64,000 nt of DNA from Oscillospiraceae bacterium (GTDB taxonomy: Bacteria; Bacillota; Clostridia; UBA1381), in assembly GCA_022509025.1 (NCBI GenBank), contig JAFLUB010000005.1:7037-71036 (forward strand), in the 5' to 3' direction. The notes beneath the pieces are model-generated. The model was given only the letters and a program-made list of their open reading frames with translations, was not told the origin of the DNA and did no database searches. Position 1 is the first letter of the stretch. Each line of letters begins with the position of its first letter. A program made the position numbers and the translations under genes. Of the stretch, positions 48,563 through 59,373 are shown piece by piece.

Positions 48563-49759
48563 TTAATCTTTATGGGGCGCGTATACATATTCCGCCAGTT
48601 TAAACTCCTGCCTCATGCTTGTTGACCCATGCGGTCCGCCAAACGGCGCAACCGTCAGGCTCACAGTATCAACGTCAATTTTTTCCGCTTCCACAGTGTC
48701 GTAATCCGCCGACTCCGTAGCAAGCGTTACGTATCCTCCAACCTTGTATACTGATATTAACCGCATAGCGTTAATGACGTCATCAATCTTCTTTTCGCTA
48801 TCCTCCACTGCCAAAAATGTAAAGTTCTCGGTATCGCATATTGCGCGAATCGTATAACGGTCGTCATTTTGGAACTTATTCATTATCTCCTCATAGGACA
48901 TGGGCGCCGATGTCGGCATGAGCGCTTCAATCAGGGGATATGCCACCTCACGATTGATACAAACAGACTCAATGCCAAATCCATCCGAATGATTTACATT
49001 CCAGCAATACCCGATCTGAACCTGCTCGCCGTCCCGGTCAAAATACAATGGCCAGACACGATACTCCTCGCTGCAAAATTCATCGCTCATTTTACTATTT
49101 TCCCAATCCATCCCGCTAAAATAATCGTTGTCCGGCGAATAGTTCACAGTCAAAATATTATCGTTGAGCGCATATTTAATGCATGGTACATAGTCTGGAT
49201 ACACACCGTAAAATCCGGACATAAACTCTGACTGGTTTTCAAGCAGAGCGGTAAGCGACACAGTCCTGGTATCGTTATCCCAGACAAAGCTGCACATATA
49301 TTTAGTAAAACCGTATTCTTCGTTCGGACTGGAGCCGTCAGGAGTACCCAAGTCCTCGATAACGATAGCAGTCTTACCGCCAATGTTATAGCCCTGTACC
49401 TCGTGTCCGTTAAAAATAACCTTAATATCGGTTTCGTACACGTTACCGGCAACGCCACCCACCTTGCCGCGTGAGATGCCGCGGTCGTAAGGTTTCACAA
49501 TGCTCAATCCTCTCACGTTGAGGGTACGTATTTCGTCGTTATAGTCACAGCGAAAGCCATAGTATTGTTCGTCCAAATCCTCAGCAATGATGGCGGTTCT
49601 TCCGCCGATGTTATAGGACTGAATCTGCTCGCCGTTAACAGTCGCCAGAATATCAGTAGTATAAATCGTCCCGACAACATCCCCCACCTCGGCACTTGCC
49701 AAAACAGGAACCAGCAGCAACAGTAACGTCAGTGACAGTCCAACAAATATTTTTTTCAT
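48563..49759 (-). CDS. Secreted hypothetical protein with a duplicated N-terminal module
   Basis: Signal peptide; GTIYTTDILATVNGEQIQSYNIGGRTAIIAEDL repeated as GNVYETDIKVIFNGHEVQGYNIGGKTAIVIEDL. Confidence 0.8.
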   Translation of the reverse strand: MKKIFVGLSLTLLLLLVPVLASAEVGDVVGTIYTTDILATVNGEQIQSYNIGGRTAIIAEDLDEQYYGFRCDYNDEIRTLNVRGLSIVKPYDRGISRGKVGGVAGNVYETDIKVIFNGHEVQGYNIGGKTAIVIEDLGTPDGSSPNEEYGFTKYMCSFVWDNDTRTVSLTALLENQSEFMSGFYGVYPDYVPCIKYALNDNILTVNYSPDNDYFSGMDWENSKMSDEFCSEEYRVWPLYFDRDGEQVQIGYCWNVNHSDGFGIESVCINREVAYPLIEALMPTSAPMSYEEIMNKFQNDDRYTIRAICDTENFTFLAVEDSEKKIDDVINAMRLISVYKVGGYVTLATESADYDTVEAEKIDVDTVSLTVAPFGGPHGSTSMRQEFKLAEYVYAPHKD

Positions 49760-49847
49760 AATTCTTCTCCTTTACTCTATACATTCTTTTACAAAAGGAA
49801 CGTATCAAAACTAATCAGTTTCAATACGCTCTCTTCTGTTCATATTT

Positions 49848-50372
49848 TTAATTTCCATTCGTCTGGTCCGGAATAATACTTTCAAGTCTGCCGGCTGCAG
49901 TAAGCGCCAGATTTATTAGCAGGCTTTTTTGCGTATCATCTGCGCCTGAACCTGCTGTTATGTCAATAACACAGCCTCGGTCATATACGTGAATTGACGG
50001 GAACGCAACATACGCATCCTGTCCAACTCCTGTTATAGTTTCAGCTGACGAGCGCGACATTTTAGCCTGATCAAAATCCGCATAAATCTGTTGGTAGTTT
50101 ATAGTATCAGTAAATTGAGTAACGGTGACTTTTACTATATCATTCTGTCCTATCGGTTCACTTCTGTAAAGCACAGTCGCCGTATTACCCTCACGCATTG
50201 TCTGTGACGGCTCTACAACAGGAGTATAACCCGCATTTGCCGCTATATCTTCAGCAGTAATAAGCGATGCCGGATCTACTTCAGGTATAACAATTTTCTC
50301 TTCCTTTGGTGAACAAGAACAAAGACATATTATCATAGTAATACTTGCAAATATAAGTAGTATCTTTTTCAT
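49848..50372 (-). CDS. Hypothetical lipoprotein
   Basis: MKKILLIFASITMIICLCSC lipobox-like signal; GGAGG RBS. Confidence 0.75.
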   Translation of the reverse strand: MKKILLIFASITMIICLCSCSPKEEKIVIPEVDPASLITAEDIAANAGYTPVVEPSQTMREGNTATVLYRSEPIGQNDIVKVTVTQFTDTINYQQIYADFDQAKMSRSSAETITGVGQDAYVAFPSIHVYDRGCVIDITAGSGADDTQKSLLINLALTAAGRLESIIPDQTNGN

Positions 50373-50384
50373 ATTAATCCTCCA

Positions 50385-51314
50385 TTATTTCATAGCAATT
50401 GCTTCTTTCACCTTTTCAGCAATGTTCTCTGCAGTCAATCCGTATTCCTCAAACAGTTCATCAGGCTTACCTGATTTACCGAAACGGTCTGTACCAATAA
50501 TTTTTACGGGTACGGGCGCGTTAGCGCAAACAACCTCTGTTACCGCGCTGCCTAAGCCGCCCATTATATAATGCTCTTCAGCCGTCACAATCGCGCCGGT
50601 TTCCTTAGCGGCCTTTGTTATTATTTCCTCATCAATCGGTTTTATTGTGTGTATATTAATTACCCTTGCGCTGATACCCTCAGATGCGAGAATATCGGCT
50701 GCCTCAAGAGCCTTTGCAACCATCAGACCCGTTGCCACGATAGTCGCGTCACATCCGTCTTTTAACTGTACGCCCTTGCCGAGTTCAAATTTATAATCCT
50801 CGCCGTTAACATCATCAACCGCCAGACGACCGAACCGCATATACACTGGTCCCTGATGGTCGATAGCCGCCTTGACAGCCTGTGTGGCTTCAATATCATC
50901 AGCAGGGTTTATAACCACCATATTCGGGATTGAACGCATAAGCGCCAAATCCTCAAGGCACTGGTGCGACGCGCCGTCCTCACCAACGGAAATACCCGCG
51001 TGAGTAGCGCCTATTTTAACGTTAAGGTTTGTGTAGCCGATTGAGTTTCTCACCTGTTCAAACGCTCTGCCTGCCGCAAACATTGCGAATGTAGACGCAA
51101 AAGCGATTTTACCTGATGCGGCAAGTCCCGCCGCAACACACATCATATTACCCTCGGCAATACCCATGTTTATAAATCTTTCGGGATACGTGTTCTTGAA
51201 TTTATCTGTCATCGTAGACTTTGAAAGGTCAGCGTCAAGCACGACAATATTCGGATTTTCGCCGTATTTTACAAGTGCCTCACCGTATGAAAGTCTTGTA
51301 GCCTTCTTTGCCAT
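50385..51314 (-). CDS. Transketolase, C-terminal subunit
   Basis: DADLSKST, GIAEGNM, GEDGASHQ, TAEEH...GGLG. Confidence 0.93.
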   Translation of the reverse strand: MAKKATRLSYGEALVKYGENPNIVVLDADLSKSTMTDKFKNTYPERFINMGIAEGNMMCVAAGLAASGKIAFASTFAMFAAGRAFEQVRNSIGYTNLNVKIGATHAGISVGEDGASHQCLEDLALMRSIPNMVVINPADDIEATQAVKAAIDHQGPVYMRFGRLAVDDVNGEDYKFELGKGVQLKDGCDATIVATGLMVAKALEAADILASEGISARVINIHTIKPIDEEIITKAAKETGAIVTAEEHYIMGGLGSAVTEVVCANAPVPVKIIGTDRFGKSGKPDELFEEYGLTAENIAEKVKEAIAMK

Positions 51315-52162
51315 TATAAACTCGCCTCCAATCCCTTGATTATCTCGTCAAGCTCCGCGATAGCCTGATTATATTCCGCTTCTTTAGGAGCTGCTCCGTG
51401 CCATGCCGGGTTATTTTCCATAAATGACACGTTCTTACCCTTTGTCGATTTCATTATAATCGCTGTGGGTTGTCCCTTTGTTGCTTTAGCTTCCTCTACT
51501 GCACTAAGAAGCTTCTCAAAATCATGCGCGTCTGTCACAATTACGTGCCAGCCAAACGCTTCAAACTTCTTATCAATAGGCGTCGGGTTCATTACCTTGG
51601 TAATGTCGCCGTCTATCTGAAGTCCGTTGTTATCTACAAATATTGTGAAGTTATCCAGCTTATAATGAGCCGCGAACATAGCCTGCTCCCAGACTTGTCC
51701 CTCTTCCAGTTCACCATCGCCGAGAATTGAATATACTCTGTAGTCCTTATTGTCAAGCTTTGCCGCAAGCGCCATACCGCCTGCTACCGATACACCCTGA
51801 CCCAATGAGCCGGTTGACATATCAACGCCAGGAACCTTGTTCATATCGGGATGCCCCTGCAAGTAGCTTCCTATACTTCTGAATGTTTTCACGTCCTCTT
51901 TGGGGATAAAGCCTCTCTCCGCAAGCACGCCGTAAAGCGCGGGGGCAGTATGTCCTTTTGAAAGCACGAACCTGTCCCTATTTTCCATCTTTGGATTTTT
52001 CGGGTCAACGTTCATAACCTCGAAATATAACAATGTCAGAACATCCGCTATTGAAAGCGAACCGCCCGGATGTCCTGATGCTGCGTTATATACAGCTGTC
52101 AGAGCATTTTTGCGGACATTGTTCGCAATTATAGCAAGCTCTGTGACTCTTTTCTTATCCAT
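51314..52162 (-). CDS. Transketolase, N-terminal subunit
   Basis: SGHPGGSLS, DRFVLSKGH, STGSLGQG, GDGELEEG..WE, WHG. Confidence 0.93.
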   Translation of the reverse strand: MDKKRVTELAIIANNVRKNALTAVYNAASGHPGGSLSIADVLTLLYFEVMNVDPKNPKMENRDRFVLSKGHTAPALYGVLAERGFIPKEDVKTFRSIGSYLQGHPDMNKVPGVDMSTGSLGQGVSVAGGMALAAKLDNKDYRVYSILGDGELEEGQVWEQAMFAAHYKLDNFTIFVDNNGLQIDGDITKVMNPTPIDKKFEAFGWHVIVTDAHDFEKLLSAVEEAKATKGQPTAIIMKSTKGKNVSFMENNPAWHGAAPKEAEYNQAIAELDEIIKGLEASL

Positions 52163-52190
52163 TTGTCCTGTTTCCTCCCTTAAAGAAATT

Positions 52191-52586
52191 TTATTTATCT
52201 AACGCATTCTCATACGCTATGTTCATAAGTTCCTGAAGTCTTTCCTCTTCGCCCGCAATATACAGAAATCCTATAACCGCTTCAAATCCCGTTGCTTTTC
52301 TATAGTCGGTAAGTGATGCGTTTTTTGCTACGGTATTGAGCTTTGTGTTTCTGCCGCGCTTAAAAACAGCAATTTCATCCTCTGTAAGAATCGGCATAAG
52401 CGCGTCAAGACTTCTCGCCTGAGCCTCGGCTTTTACATATCTGACCGTTGTTTTATGCAATTTGCCCGCGGGGAGATTTTCGTGTTCCTCAATAACCTTC
52501 GTCCTGACAAAAAGCTCATACACTCCGTCACCTATATAGGCAAGCGCAAGAGGCGAAAACTGAGTTGGTTTTTTCTCTGTCAGCAT
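52191..52586 (-). CDS. mrnC: Mini-ribonuclease III
   Basis: LAYIGDGVYEL, KRGRN, YRKATGFEAVIGFLY; directly downstream of cysS. Confidence 0.92.
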   Translation of the reverse strand: MLTEKKPTQFSPLALAYIGDGVYELFVRTKVIEEHENLPAGKLHKTTVRYVKAEAQARSLDALMPILTEDEIAVFKRGRNTKLNTVAKNASLTDYRKATGFEAVIGFLYIAGEEERLQELMNIAYENALDK

Positions 52587-52587
52587 A

Positions 52588-53997
52588 TTAACCCTCTATA
52601 TAACTCCATTTAACTCCCATCGGCGTATCCTTTAGTTCAATGTTCATTGCTTTTAACTTATCGCGGATAGCGTCAGCCTCTGCCCAGTTCTTTTCTTTTC
52701 TTGCCATGTTGCGCTTTTCAATCAGTTCCTCAATTTCAGCGTCAAGTGATTTTTCCTTAGTCTTATGGAAAAGTCCTAAAACGGCGCCAATCTCATGTAT
52801 CAGGTCAAGAGTTTTTACTATAACTTCTTTAGCATTCTTATTTTCATTTGAAAGAGCGGTGTTTGACGCGTATACTATATCGAAAACTGCCGCGATTGCA
52901 TCGGCTGTGTTCAAGTCGTCATCCATTGCATCCAGAAATTTCTGTTTGAAGCCGTCAAGCTTTTCACTGTATTCCTTTTCCGCGTCGTTAAGCTCTCTTT
53001 CCTCACTATTTTCAAGCAGGAATTCAAGGTTGTCAATACACGTATATATACGTTCAAGTCCCGATTTTGCCTGTTCCATGAGCGTATCTGCAAAGTTTAT
53101 CGGGTTCCTGTAATGAGCGCTTAGCATGAAGAAACGTACCACTTCACCGTCATATGTTTTCAGAATATCACGCACAGTAAAGAAATTGCCCAAAGACTTG
53201 CTCATTTTCTGGTTGTTTATATTTATATATCCGTTATGCATCCAGTAGTTTGCAAACGGCTTGCAGTTTGCGCACTCACTCTGCGCGATTTCATTCTCGT
53301 GATGCGGGAAAATCAAGTCCTGACCGCCCGAATGAAGGTCTATCGTCTCACCGAGATACTTATTAGCCATCGCCGAACATTCAATATGCCAGCCCGGTCT
53401 GCCCATACCCCACGGACTTTCCCATGCAGGCTCGCCTTCCTTCTGCTTCTTCCAGAGCGCGAAGTCCATAACATCCTGCTTTGTTTCATTAACGTCAATT
53501 CTCGCGCCGGCTTCCAAATCCTCAAGCGGCTGCTTTGACAGCTTGCCGTATTCTTTAAATTTCTTCGCGGAGAAATATACGTTTCCGTCCACGTTATAAG
53601 CGTAGCCGTTATCCTCTAATTTTTTTATAATAGCTATTATCGCGTCAATATTTTCAGTAGCCTTCGGGTGCACTGTCGCCTTCTCAATCCCCAGAGCCTT
53701 AGCATCCTTATAGTATTCCTCTATAAATCTTTCGCCAAGCTCCTTAACTGTAATCCCCTCAGCGTTTGCGCGCTTTATCATCTTATCGTCTATATCAGTA
53801 AAGTTCTGCACGAACTTTACTTTATAACCCCTGTATTCCAGATACCGGCGCATTACATCGAATACCATAAACGGACGCGCGTTGCCAATATGGAAATAGT
53901 CATACACAGTCGGACCGCAGGAATACATCTTTACTTCGTTTTTATCAATAGGAACAAATTCCTGTTTCTGCCTTGTTAAAGTATTATATATTTTCAT
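52588..53997 (-). CDS. cysS: Cysteine--tRNA ligase
   Basis: [45 protein letters not shown]. Confidence 0.98.
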   Translation of the reverse strand: MKIYNTLTRQKQEFVPIDKNEVKMYSCGPTVYDYFHIGNARPFMVFDVMRRYLEYRGYKVKFVQNFTDIDDKMIKRANAEGITVKELGERFIEEYYKDAKALGIEKATVHPKATENIDAIIAIIKKLEDNGYAYNVDGNVYFSAKKFKEYGKLSKQPLEDLEAGARIDVNETKQDVMDFALWKKQKEGEPAWESPWGMGRPGWHIECSAMANKYLGETIDLHSGGQDLIFPHHENEIAQSECANCKPFANYWMHNGYININNQKMSKSLGNFFTVRDILKTYDGEVVRFFMLSAHYRNPINFADTLMEQAKSGLERIYTCIDNLEFLLENSEERELNDAEKEYSEKLDGFKQKFLDAMDDDLNTADAIAAVFDIVYASNTALSNENKNAKEVIVKTLDLIHEIGAVLGLFHKTKEKSLDAEIEELIEKRNMARKEKNWAEADAIRDKLKAMNIELKDTPMGVKWSYIEG

Positions 53998-54167
53998 GCC
54001 ATTACTTCCTTTTTACACCATTATACTAATTACAGTAATTATATCGCAAATTGAAGAAAAATACAACAGTTTTTTAGATAAATTTATCATAAACAAAAAG
54101 AGACTGCCAATGCAGTCTCAAAGTGTAGACAAATTAAATTTGTCGAAGTCTGTTCAACCTTTTATAT

Positions 54168-55559
54168 TCAGCCGTTAAGTTCTTTATCAATAGCCTCAGC
54201 AGCAGCTTTACCTGCGCCCATAGCAAGGATAACAGTTGCCGCGCCGGTTACAACGTCACCGCCGGCATATACGTGATCTTTAGATGTCTTTCCTGTTTCT
54301 TCGTCAGCAACGATACAGCCTCTGTTATTAGTATCAAGACCCTTAGTGGTCTGTCTGATAAGCGGGTTCGGCGTCTGACCGATAGCCACTACAACCGTGT
54401 CTATATCAAGAACCTCTTCGCTGCCTTCAACCGGCACAGGACGTCTTCTTCCGCTTGCGTCAGGCTCGCCCAGTTCCATATGGATAACCTCCATATTAGT
54501 TACCCAACCGTCCTCGTTACCGATAAACTTAGTCGGGTTCTGAAGAAGCTTAAAGATGATACCCTCTTCCTCTGCATGGAAAACCTCTTCCGCTCTTGCG
54601 GGAAGCTCTTCCTTACCGCGTCTGTATACTATATATACATTTTCAGCGCCGAGACGCTTTGCGCTTCTTGCCGCGTCCATTGCAACGTTACCGCCGCCAA
54701 GAACAGCAACATTTTTGCCCACGTAAACAGGTGTATCATATTCAGGGAACTTATAGCCCTTCATAAGATTTATTCTTGTAAGGAACTCGTTCGCGCTGTA
54801 TACGCCGTTAAGACTCTCGCCTTCAAGTCCCATAAATGACGGAAGACCCGCGCCTGAGCCGATATAAACAGCGTCATAGCCCATTTCATCAAACAACTCG
54901 TCAACCATAATCGTCTTGCCGATGATTACGTTTGTCTGAATATCCACGCCCATAGCCTTCAGGTTTGAAATTTCCTTCTGAACGATATCCTTCGGAAGTC
55001 TGAACTCAGGAATACCGTACATAAGCACGCCTCCGGCTGTGTGGAACGCTTCGTATACAGTTACCTTATAGCCCCTCTTTGCAAGGTCGCCTGCAACAGT
55101 AAGACCGGAAGGACCGCTTCCTACTACTGCAACCTTTTTTCCGTTAGGCTCGGGAACTTCTATTTTATCCTCAACATTAGCCATGTGCCAGTCAGCGACA
55201 AATCTTTCAAGTCTGCCTATGCCGACACTCTCATGCTTTATACCTCTTACGCACTTTGACTCACACTGCTTTTCCTGCGGGCATACTCTTCCGCAGACAG
55301 CGGGAAGCGCGTTTGTTTCCTTAATCTTCTGATAAGCCTTTTCAAACTCACCCTCAGCGATAAGCGAGATAAACTCAGGAATCTTAACGCTTACAGGGCA
55401 GCCCTCCATACACGGCTTATTCTTACAGTTGAGACATCTCTGCGCCTCGTCTATAGCCATTTCCTCTGTGTAACCGGTGGTTACCTCAAGGAAGTTTTTA
55501 TTTCTCACATTAGGACATTGCTCCGGCATCGGATTTTTGTCCGCTCTCATATTAGGCAT
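54168..55559 (-). CDS. nfnB: NfnB / GltD-like large subunit of NADH-dependent ferredoxin:NADP+ oxidoreductase
   Basis: RCLNCK..PC..GCP, CGRVCPQE.QCE, GSGPSG, YGIPEFRLP, GGGNVAMDAAR; downstream of the nfnA-like gene, with no gltB nearby. Confidence 0.85.
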   Translation of the reverse strand: MPNMRADKNPMPEQCPNVRNKNFLEVTTGYTEEMAIDEAQRCLNCKNKPCMEGCPVSVKIPEFISLIAEGEFEKAYQKIKETNALPAVCGRVCPQEKQCESKCVRGIKHESVGIGRLERFVADWHMANVEDKIEVPEPNGKKVAVVGSGPSGLTVAGDLAKRGYKVTVYEAFHTAGGVLMYGIPEFRLPKDIVQKEISNLKAMGVDIQTNVIIGKTIMVDELFDEMGYDAVYIGSGAGLPSFMGLEGESLNGVYSANEFLTRINLMKGYKFPEYDTPVYVGKNVAVLGGGNVAMDAARSAKRLGAENVYIVYRRGKEELPARAEEVFHAEEEGIIFKLLQNPTKFIGNEDGWVTNMEVIHMELGEPDASGRRRPVPVEGSEEVLDIDTVVVAIGQTPNPLIRQTTKGLDTNNRGCIVADEETGKTSKDHVYAGGDVVTGAATVILAMGAGKAAAEAIDKELNG

Positions 55560-55578
55560 ATCTGAAACCCTCCCTTAA

Positions 55579-56430
55579 TCAGTCCTGTGTATTGGTTCTG
55601 CCTATTCTGCAGTGACCTTCTTTACATGATCTTTCTTCATAGTCCTTGAACATTCTTCCACGCTTCATAGCGCTGTCCCAATCAACCTTGTGACCGTCAA
55701 AATCAGGACCGTCAACACACGCAAACTTAGTCTCTCCGTCAACGATGATACGACAGCCGCCGCACATTCCCGTACCGTCAATCATAACAGGGTTCATTGA
55801 AACGGTTGTCGGAATATTATACTGCTCTGTCAGCTTACATACAAACTTCATCATTACAAGCGGGCCAATCGCGATAACCTCGTCAAACTTCTCGCCTGCT
55901 TCAATTTCTTTCTTGAGCATATCCGTAACAAAACCCTGGTTTCCGTTTGAACCATCGTCTGTAGCAACAATAAGCTTATTGGAAACAACCTTTAATTCAT
56001 CCTCCAGAATAATAAGGTCTTTATTTCTGAATCCTGTAATAACTGTCACATCAGCGCCAAGATTATGAAGCTTCTTCGCCTGCGGATACGCGATAGCCGT
56101 ACCAAGACCTCCGCCTATTACCGCAACCTTCTTAAGACCCTCAAGCGGAGTCGGTACTCCAAGTGGTCCGGCAAAATCAAGAAGCTCTCCTCCCTCAGGA
56201 ACCTCAGCCAAGTCCTTGGTCGTCTTTCCGACAATCTGGACTATAATTGTAACAGTTCCCTTCTCTCTGTCAAAATCAGCGATTGTGAAAGGAACTCTCT
56301 CGCCGTATTCATCAATTCTTAATATTATGAACTGTCCCGGCTCAGCTTTCTTCGCAATCAACGGAGCTTCAACCTCCATTAAAAAGATTTGCGGATTAAG
56401 CATATTCTTTTTAACAATTTTGTAAGCCAT
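55579..56430 (-). CDS. nfnA: NfnA / PyrK-like FAD and 2Fe-2S small subunit
   Basis: PGQFIILR...GERVPFTI, GPLG, GGGLG, MIDGTGMCGGCR, FACVDGPDF. Confidence 0.85.
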   Translation of the reverse strand: MAYKIVKKNMLNPQIFLMEVEAPLIAKKAEPGQFIILRIDEYGERVPFTIADFDREKGTVTIIVQIVGKTTKDLAEVPEGGELLDFAGPLGVPTPLEGLKKVAVIGGGLGTAIAYPQAKKLHNLGADVTVITGFRNKDLIILEDELKVVSNKLIVATDDGSNGNQGFVTDMLKKEIEAGEKFDEVIAIGPLVMMKFVCKLTEQYNIPTTVSMNPVMIDGTGMCGGCRIIVDGETKFACVDGPDFDGHKVDWDSAMKRGRMFKDYEERSCKEGHCRIGRTNTQD

Positions 56431-56510
56431 TGTATCACCTCTTAAATTTAATTCATTTATTTTTACGCTGCCAATTATAATATCATATTTTCAAAGCTTT
56501 TTCAATATCT

Positions 56511-57404
56511 TTAAAAAAGTTTTTCGATAAAATCCTTCATATCCTGCGCAATTTCGTTTTGAAACACAAGCTTTTCCTCTGTGACAGGGTGAATAAGGCT
56601 TAAATAACATGAATGAAGGAACTGACGCGGCGCAATACTGTGGTCTTCTATGCCATACAGCCAATCACCGACAAGCGGATGTCCTATATGCGACATATGC
56701 ACACGTATCTGATGCGTGCGACCGGTTTCAAGCTCAAGTTCCAGCAGCGTGTATTCCCCATACCTCTCCAAAACACTGTAGTGCGTAACCGCCCTCTGAC
56801 CGTCCGGCGCGACAATTCGGTTTATAACGCTTCCGTCAGCACGTTTTATCGGCGCGTCAACCGTCCCGTCCTCAGTCATATCACCGCAGACGATACACTT
56901 ATACTTTCTTTTAAAATCGGCAGTGTGGAGTTCCTCGGAAAGTCTCGCATGGGCGTAGCTGTTCTTTGCAACCGCCATAAGCCCCGATGTATCCTTATCA
57001 AGACGATTAACCGCGCGGAATACTCTGTTTTCACCCTTTGATTTGTAATAGTGCATAACGCCGTTCGCGAGCGAGTTTTCGTAATTCCCCATTGACGGAT
57101 GCGTCGGCATATGCGGAGGTTTATTGATAATAAGAATATCCTCGTCCTCGTACACTATATCAATCGGTATATTTTTCGGTATGATATTTTCCGATGCGCT
57201 GTCTCGTATCGTCACTTTAAGCGTGTCACCCATACGAACAGTGTCCACTGTACGGATATGTGCGCCGTTCAAGCGAATACCATCTTCATATTTCTTTAAA
57301 TCCTTTATGAGATTAGTGGATATTTTAAAATGCTGCCTGAGCACAGTCAGCACATTCGCACCGTCATACTGAACGTCCACTATATACTCTAACACTCTGT
57401 CCAT
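56511..57404 (-). CDS. RluA-family pseudouridine synthase
   Basis: INKP..MPTHP, NRLDKDTSG, LETGRTHQIRVH, HPLVGD.LYG. Confidence 0.93.
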   Translation of the reverse strand: MDRVLEYIVDVQYDGANVLTVLRQHFKISTNLIKDLKKYEDGIRLNGAHIRTVDTVRMGDTLKVTIRDSASENIIPKNIPIDIVYEDEDILIINKPPHMPTHPSMGNYENSLANGVMHYYKSKGENRVFRAVNRLDKDTSGLMAVAKNSYAHARLSEELHTADFKRKYKCIVCGDMTEDGTVDAPIKRADGSVINRIVAPDGQRAVTHYSVLERYGEYTLLELELETGRTHQIRVHMSHIGHPLVGDWLYGIEDHSIAPRQFLHSCYLSLIHPVTEEKLVFQNEIAQDMKDFIEKLF

Positions 57405-58069
57405 CAGTTATTAAATCCCTGTAAAAGACGTGTCGCATATGACGGGTCAACCATTTCCCATTCAAAGCTGTACGGCTTCATGCCTGACTCTCTAAGACTT
57501 GTGTCTATCGTTGTATACGTCTCATCAGGAACAGATGACGTATACGTCTGATTTTCCTTAGCGTCATATATCATAAATTCCATAACGCCGTTTTCTTTCT
57601 TACCAAAACGGCAAACGCGATATTCAACCTTATCCACCTCTTGGGATAAAATCATAAGCTTTATTACCTCAATTGTCTTATCGTTCAAGCCGTTATCAAA
57701 AATAAGGATTTTTTCAAGAAGCTCGTTATAATCGGTTATAAAACGGAGATTATATCCCTCTAATTTTTCAAGCTCACCCGACTCCTTTGAGGTGTTCTGA
57801 ACATTGTCAAAAAGACGCTGTTTCAAAATAGGGTCATCACACGGCGAGAATGAAATCATAAGCCGCTTTTCCTCGTCATGATACAGCATAGGCGTTGGCA
57901 TTAATGCCGTATGCGAACAAGCCGGACAGCGGAACATATTAACCATACCTCTTAATAAATCCTGCTTTAAATCGGCGCTGTCCTTTACGGTTATTGAATT
58001 CCATACCGTCACTTCACTCATCTGTCCGCACTGTGGACAGCGTACATTCTGTGTTGAATTAAGACTCAT
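57404..58069 (-). CDS. CpXC-domain (putative zinc ribbon) protein
   Basis: CPQCG...W.SI......DLK..LL.G..N.FRCPAC......P.LYHD; ELLEKILIFDNGLND..IE. Confidence 0.8.
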   Translation of the reverse strand: MSLNSTQNVRCPQCGQMSEVTVWNSITVKDSADLKQDLLRGMVNMFRCPACSHTALMPTPMLYHDEEKRLMISFSPCDDPILKQRLFDNVQNTSKESGELEKLEGYNLRFITDYNELLEKILIFDNGLNDKTIEVIKLMILSQEVDKVEYRVCRFGKKENGVMEFMIYDAKENQTYTSSVPDETYTTIDTSLRESGMKPYSFEWEMVDPSYATRLLQGFNN

Positions 58070-59354
58070 TATTATCCGCCTTTCTGATTATTTTATCCGC
58101 CGCCACCATTATGCCGAGCTTTGCGCTTTCATACGTCAGTCCGCCCTGCATATATGCTATATACGGAGGTTTTATCGGCGCGTCCGCCGAAAGTTCAATC
58201 GACGCTCCCTGATTGAACGCGCCCGCCGCCATGATTACCTGTGAGCTGTATCCCGGCATGTCCCAAGGCTCGGGAGTTACGAAGCTATCCACCGGCGCGC
58301 CCTTTTGAATACCTTCACAAAATGCGCGAAGCATTTCCTCATTCCCGAATTTTATAGATTGGATTATATCATGCCTCGTTTCATCCGGTTTCGGGTCAAC
58401 CTCAAAGCCAAGCTTCTCAAATACCGCGCTGCATAATACCGCCGCCTTCAGAGCCTGCGCGACCGTGTGCGGAGCCATGAAAAGCCCTTGATAAAGCTGA
58501 CGGTTAAAGCCCAGGGACGCTCCCGCTTCCTTGCCTATTCCGACAGAGGTGAGCCTGTAAGCGCACAACTCTATATATTTTGATTTACCTGCGATATATC
58601 CGCCCGTTGGGGCAAGTCCGCCGCCGGGGTTCTTTATAAGTGAACCGACAATGAGGTCTGCTCCGAACGCGGTCGGTTCCTCCGTTTCAACAAATTCACC
58701 GTAGCAGTTATCCACTATGCATATTGTTTCGGGCGATATTTCCTTAACGAAGCTTATTAAATCGCCTATCTCCTTTGCGCTGTAGGTAGGTCTCCAGCCG
58801 TAGCCCTTTGAGCGCTGTATAGTAACGGCTTTAACATTCGTTTTCGTTAGCGTATCTTTTATTTCATCAAAATTCGGAGTGCCGTCCTCCTTTAAATCTA
58901 TCTGAATATAATTTACGCCGAAATCCTTTAAAGAACCGTTTCCGCTTTCGCCCTGTATTCCTATCACTTCTTCAAGCGTGTCGTAGGGCTTTCCCGTCAC
59001 AGAAACAAGCGTATCACCGGGACGCAGAACTCCGAAAAGCGCCGTTGAAATAGTATGCGTTCCCGAAATGAAGTTATGACGCACAAGCGCGTCCTCAGCG
59101 CCCATGATATCCGCATACACCCTGTCAAGAGTGTCGCGTCCCAAGTCGTCATAGCCGTAGCCTGTGGTCGGCACAAAATGCGCGTCCGACACACGGTTAT
59201 CTGAAAATGCCTTCATAACGCGAAGCTGATTGATTTCCGCTATTGTATCGATATTTTTAAACTGTTCTATGACAGCGTTTTCCGCTTCGCTTACCAGTTT
59301 TAATGTCTTTTCCGAAATTCCGAAGCTATCCGCTATAAATTTATTTTTATCCAT
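58059..59354 (-). CDS. Methionine gamma-lyase-like PLP enzyme (YnbB / aluminium-resistance family)
   Basis: TGYGYDDLGRDTL, SGTH, VDNCYGEF, GSLIKNPGGG, VIMAAGAF.QGASIELSADAP. Confidence 0.9.
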   Translation of the reverse strand: MDKNKFIADSFGISEKTLKLVSEAENAVIEQFKNIDTIAEINQLRVMKAFSDNRVSDAHFVPTTGYGYDDLGRDTLDRVYADIMGAEDALVRHNFISGTHTISTALFGVLRPGDTLVSVTGKPYDTLEEVIGIQGESGNGSLKDFGVNYIQIDLKEDGTPNFDEIKDTLTKTNVKAVTIQRSKGYGWRPTYSAKEIGDLISFVKEISPETICIVDNCYGEFVETEEPTAFGADLIVGSLIKNPGGGLAPTGGYIAGKSKYIELCAYRLTSVGIGKEAGASLGFNRQLYQGLFMAPHTVAQALKAAVLCSAVFEKLGFEVDPKPDETRHDIIQSIKFGNEEMLRAFCEGIQKGAPVDSFVTPEPWDMPGYSSQVIMAAGAFNQGASIELSADAPIKPPYIAYMQGGLTYESAKLGIMVAADKIIRKADNNES

Positions 59355-59373
59355 CAGTAAATATATCCTTTCC

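Noticed and set aside
50385-52162. Split transketolase as a novelty
   Set aside because: Two-gene transketolases are common in Clostridia and archaea.
53998-54167. T-box upstream of cysS
   Set aside because: No T-box consensus, and a TATAAT lies only about 25 nt from the start codon.
54168-55559. Glutamate synthase small subunit
   Set aside because: No gltB is adjacent; pairing with the PyrK-like gene indicates NfnAB.
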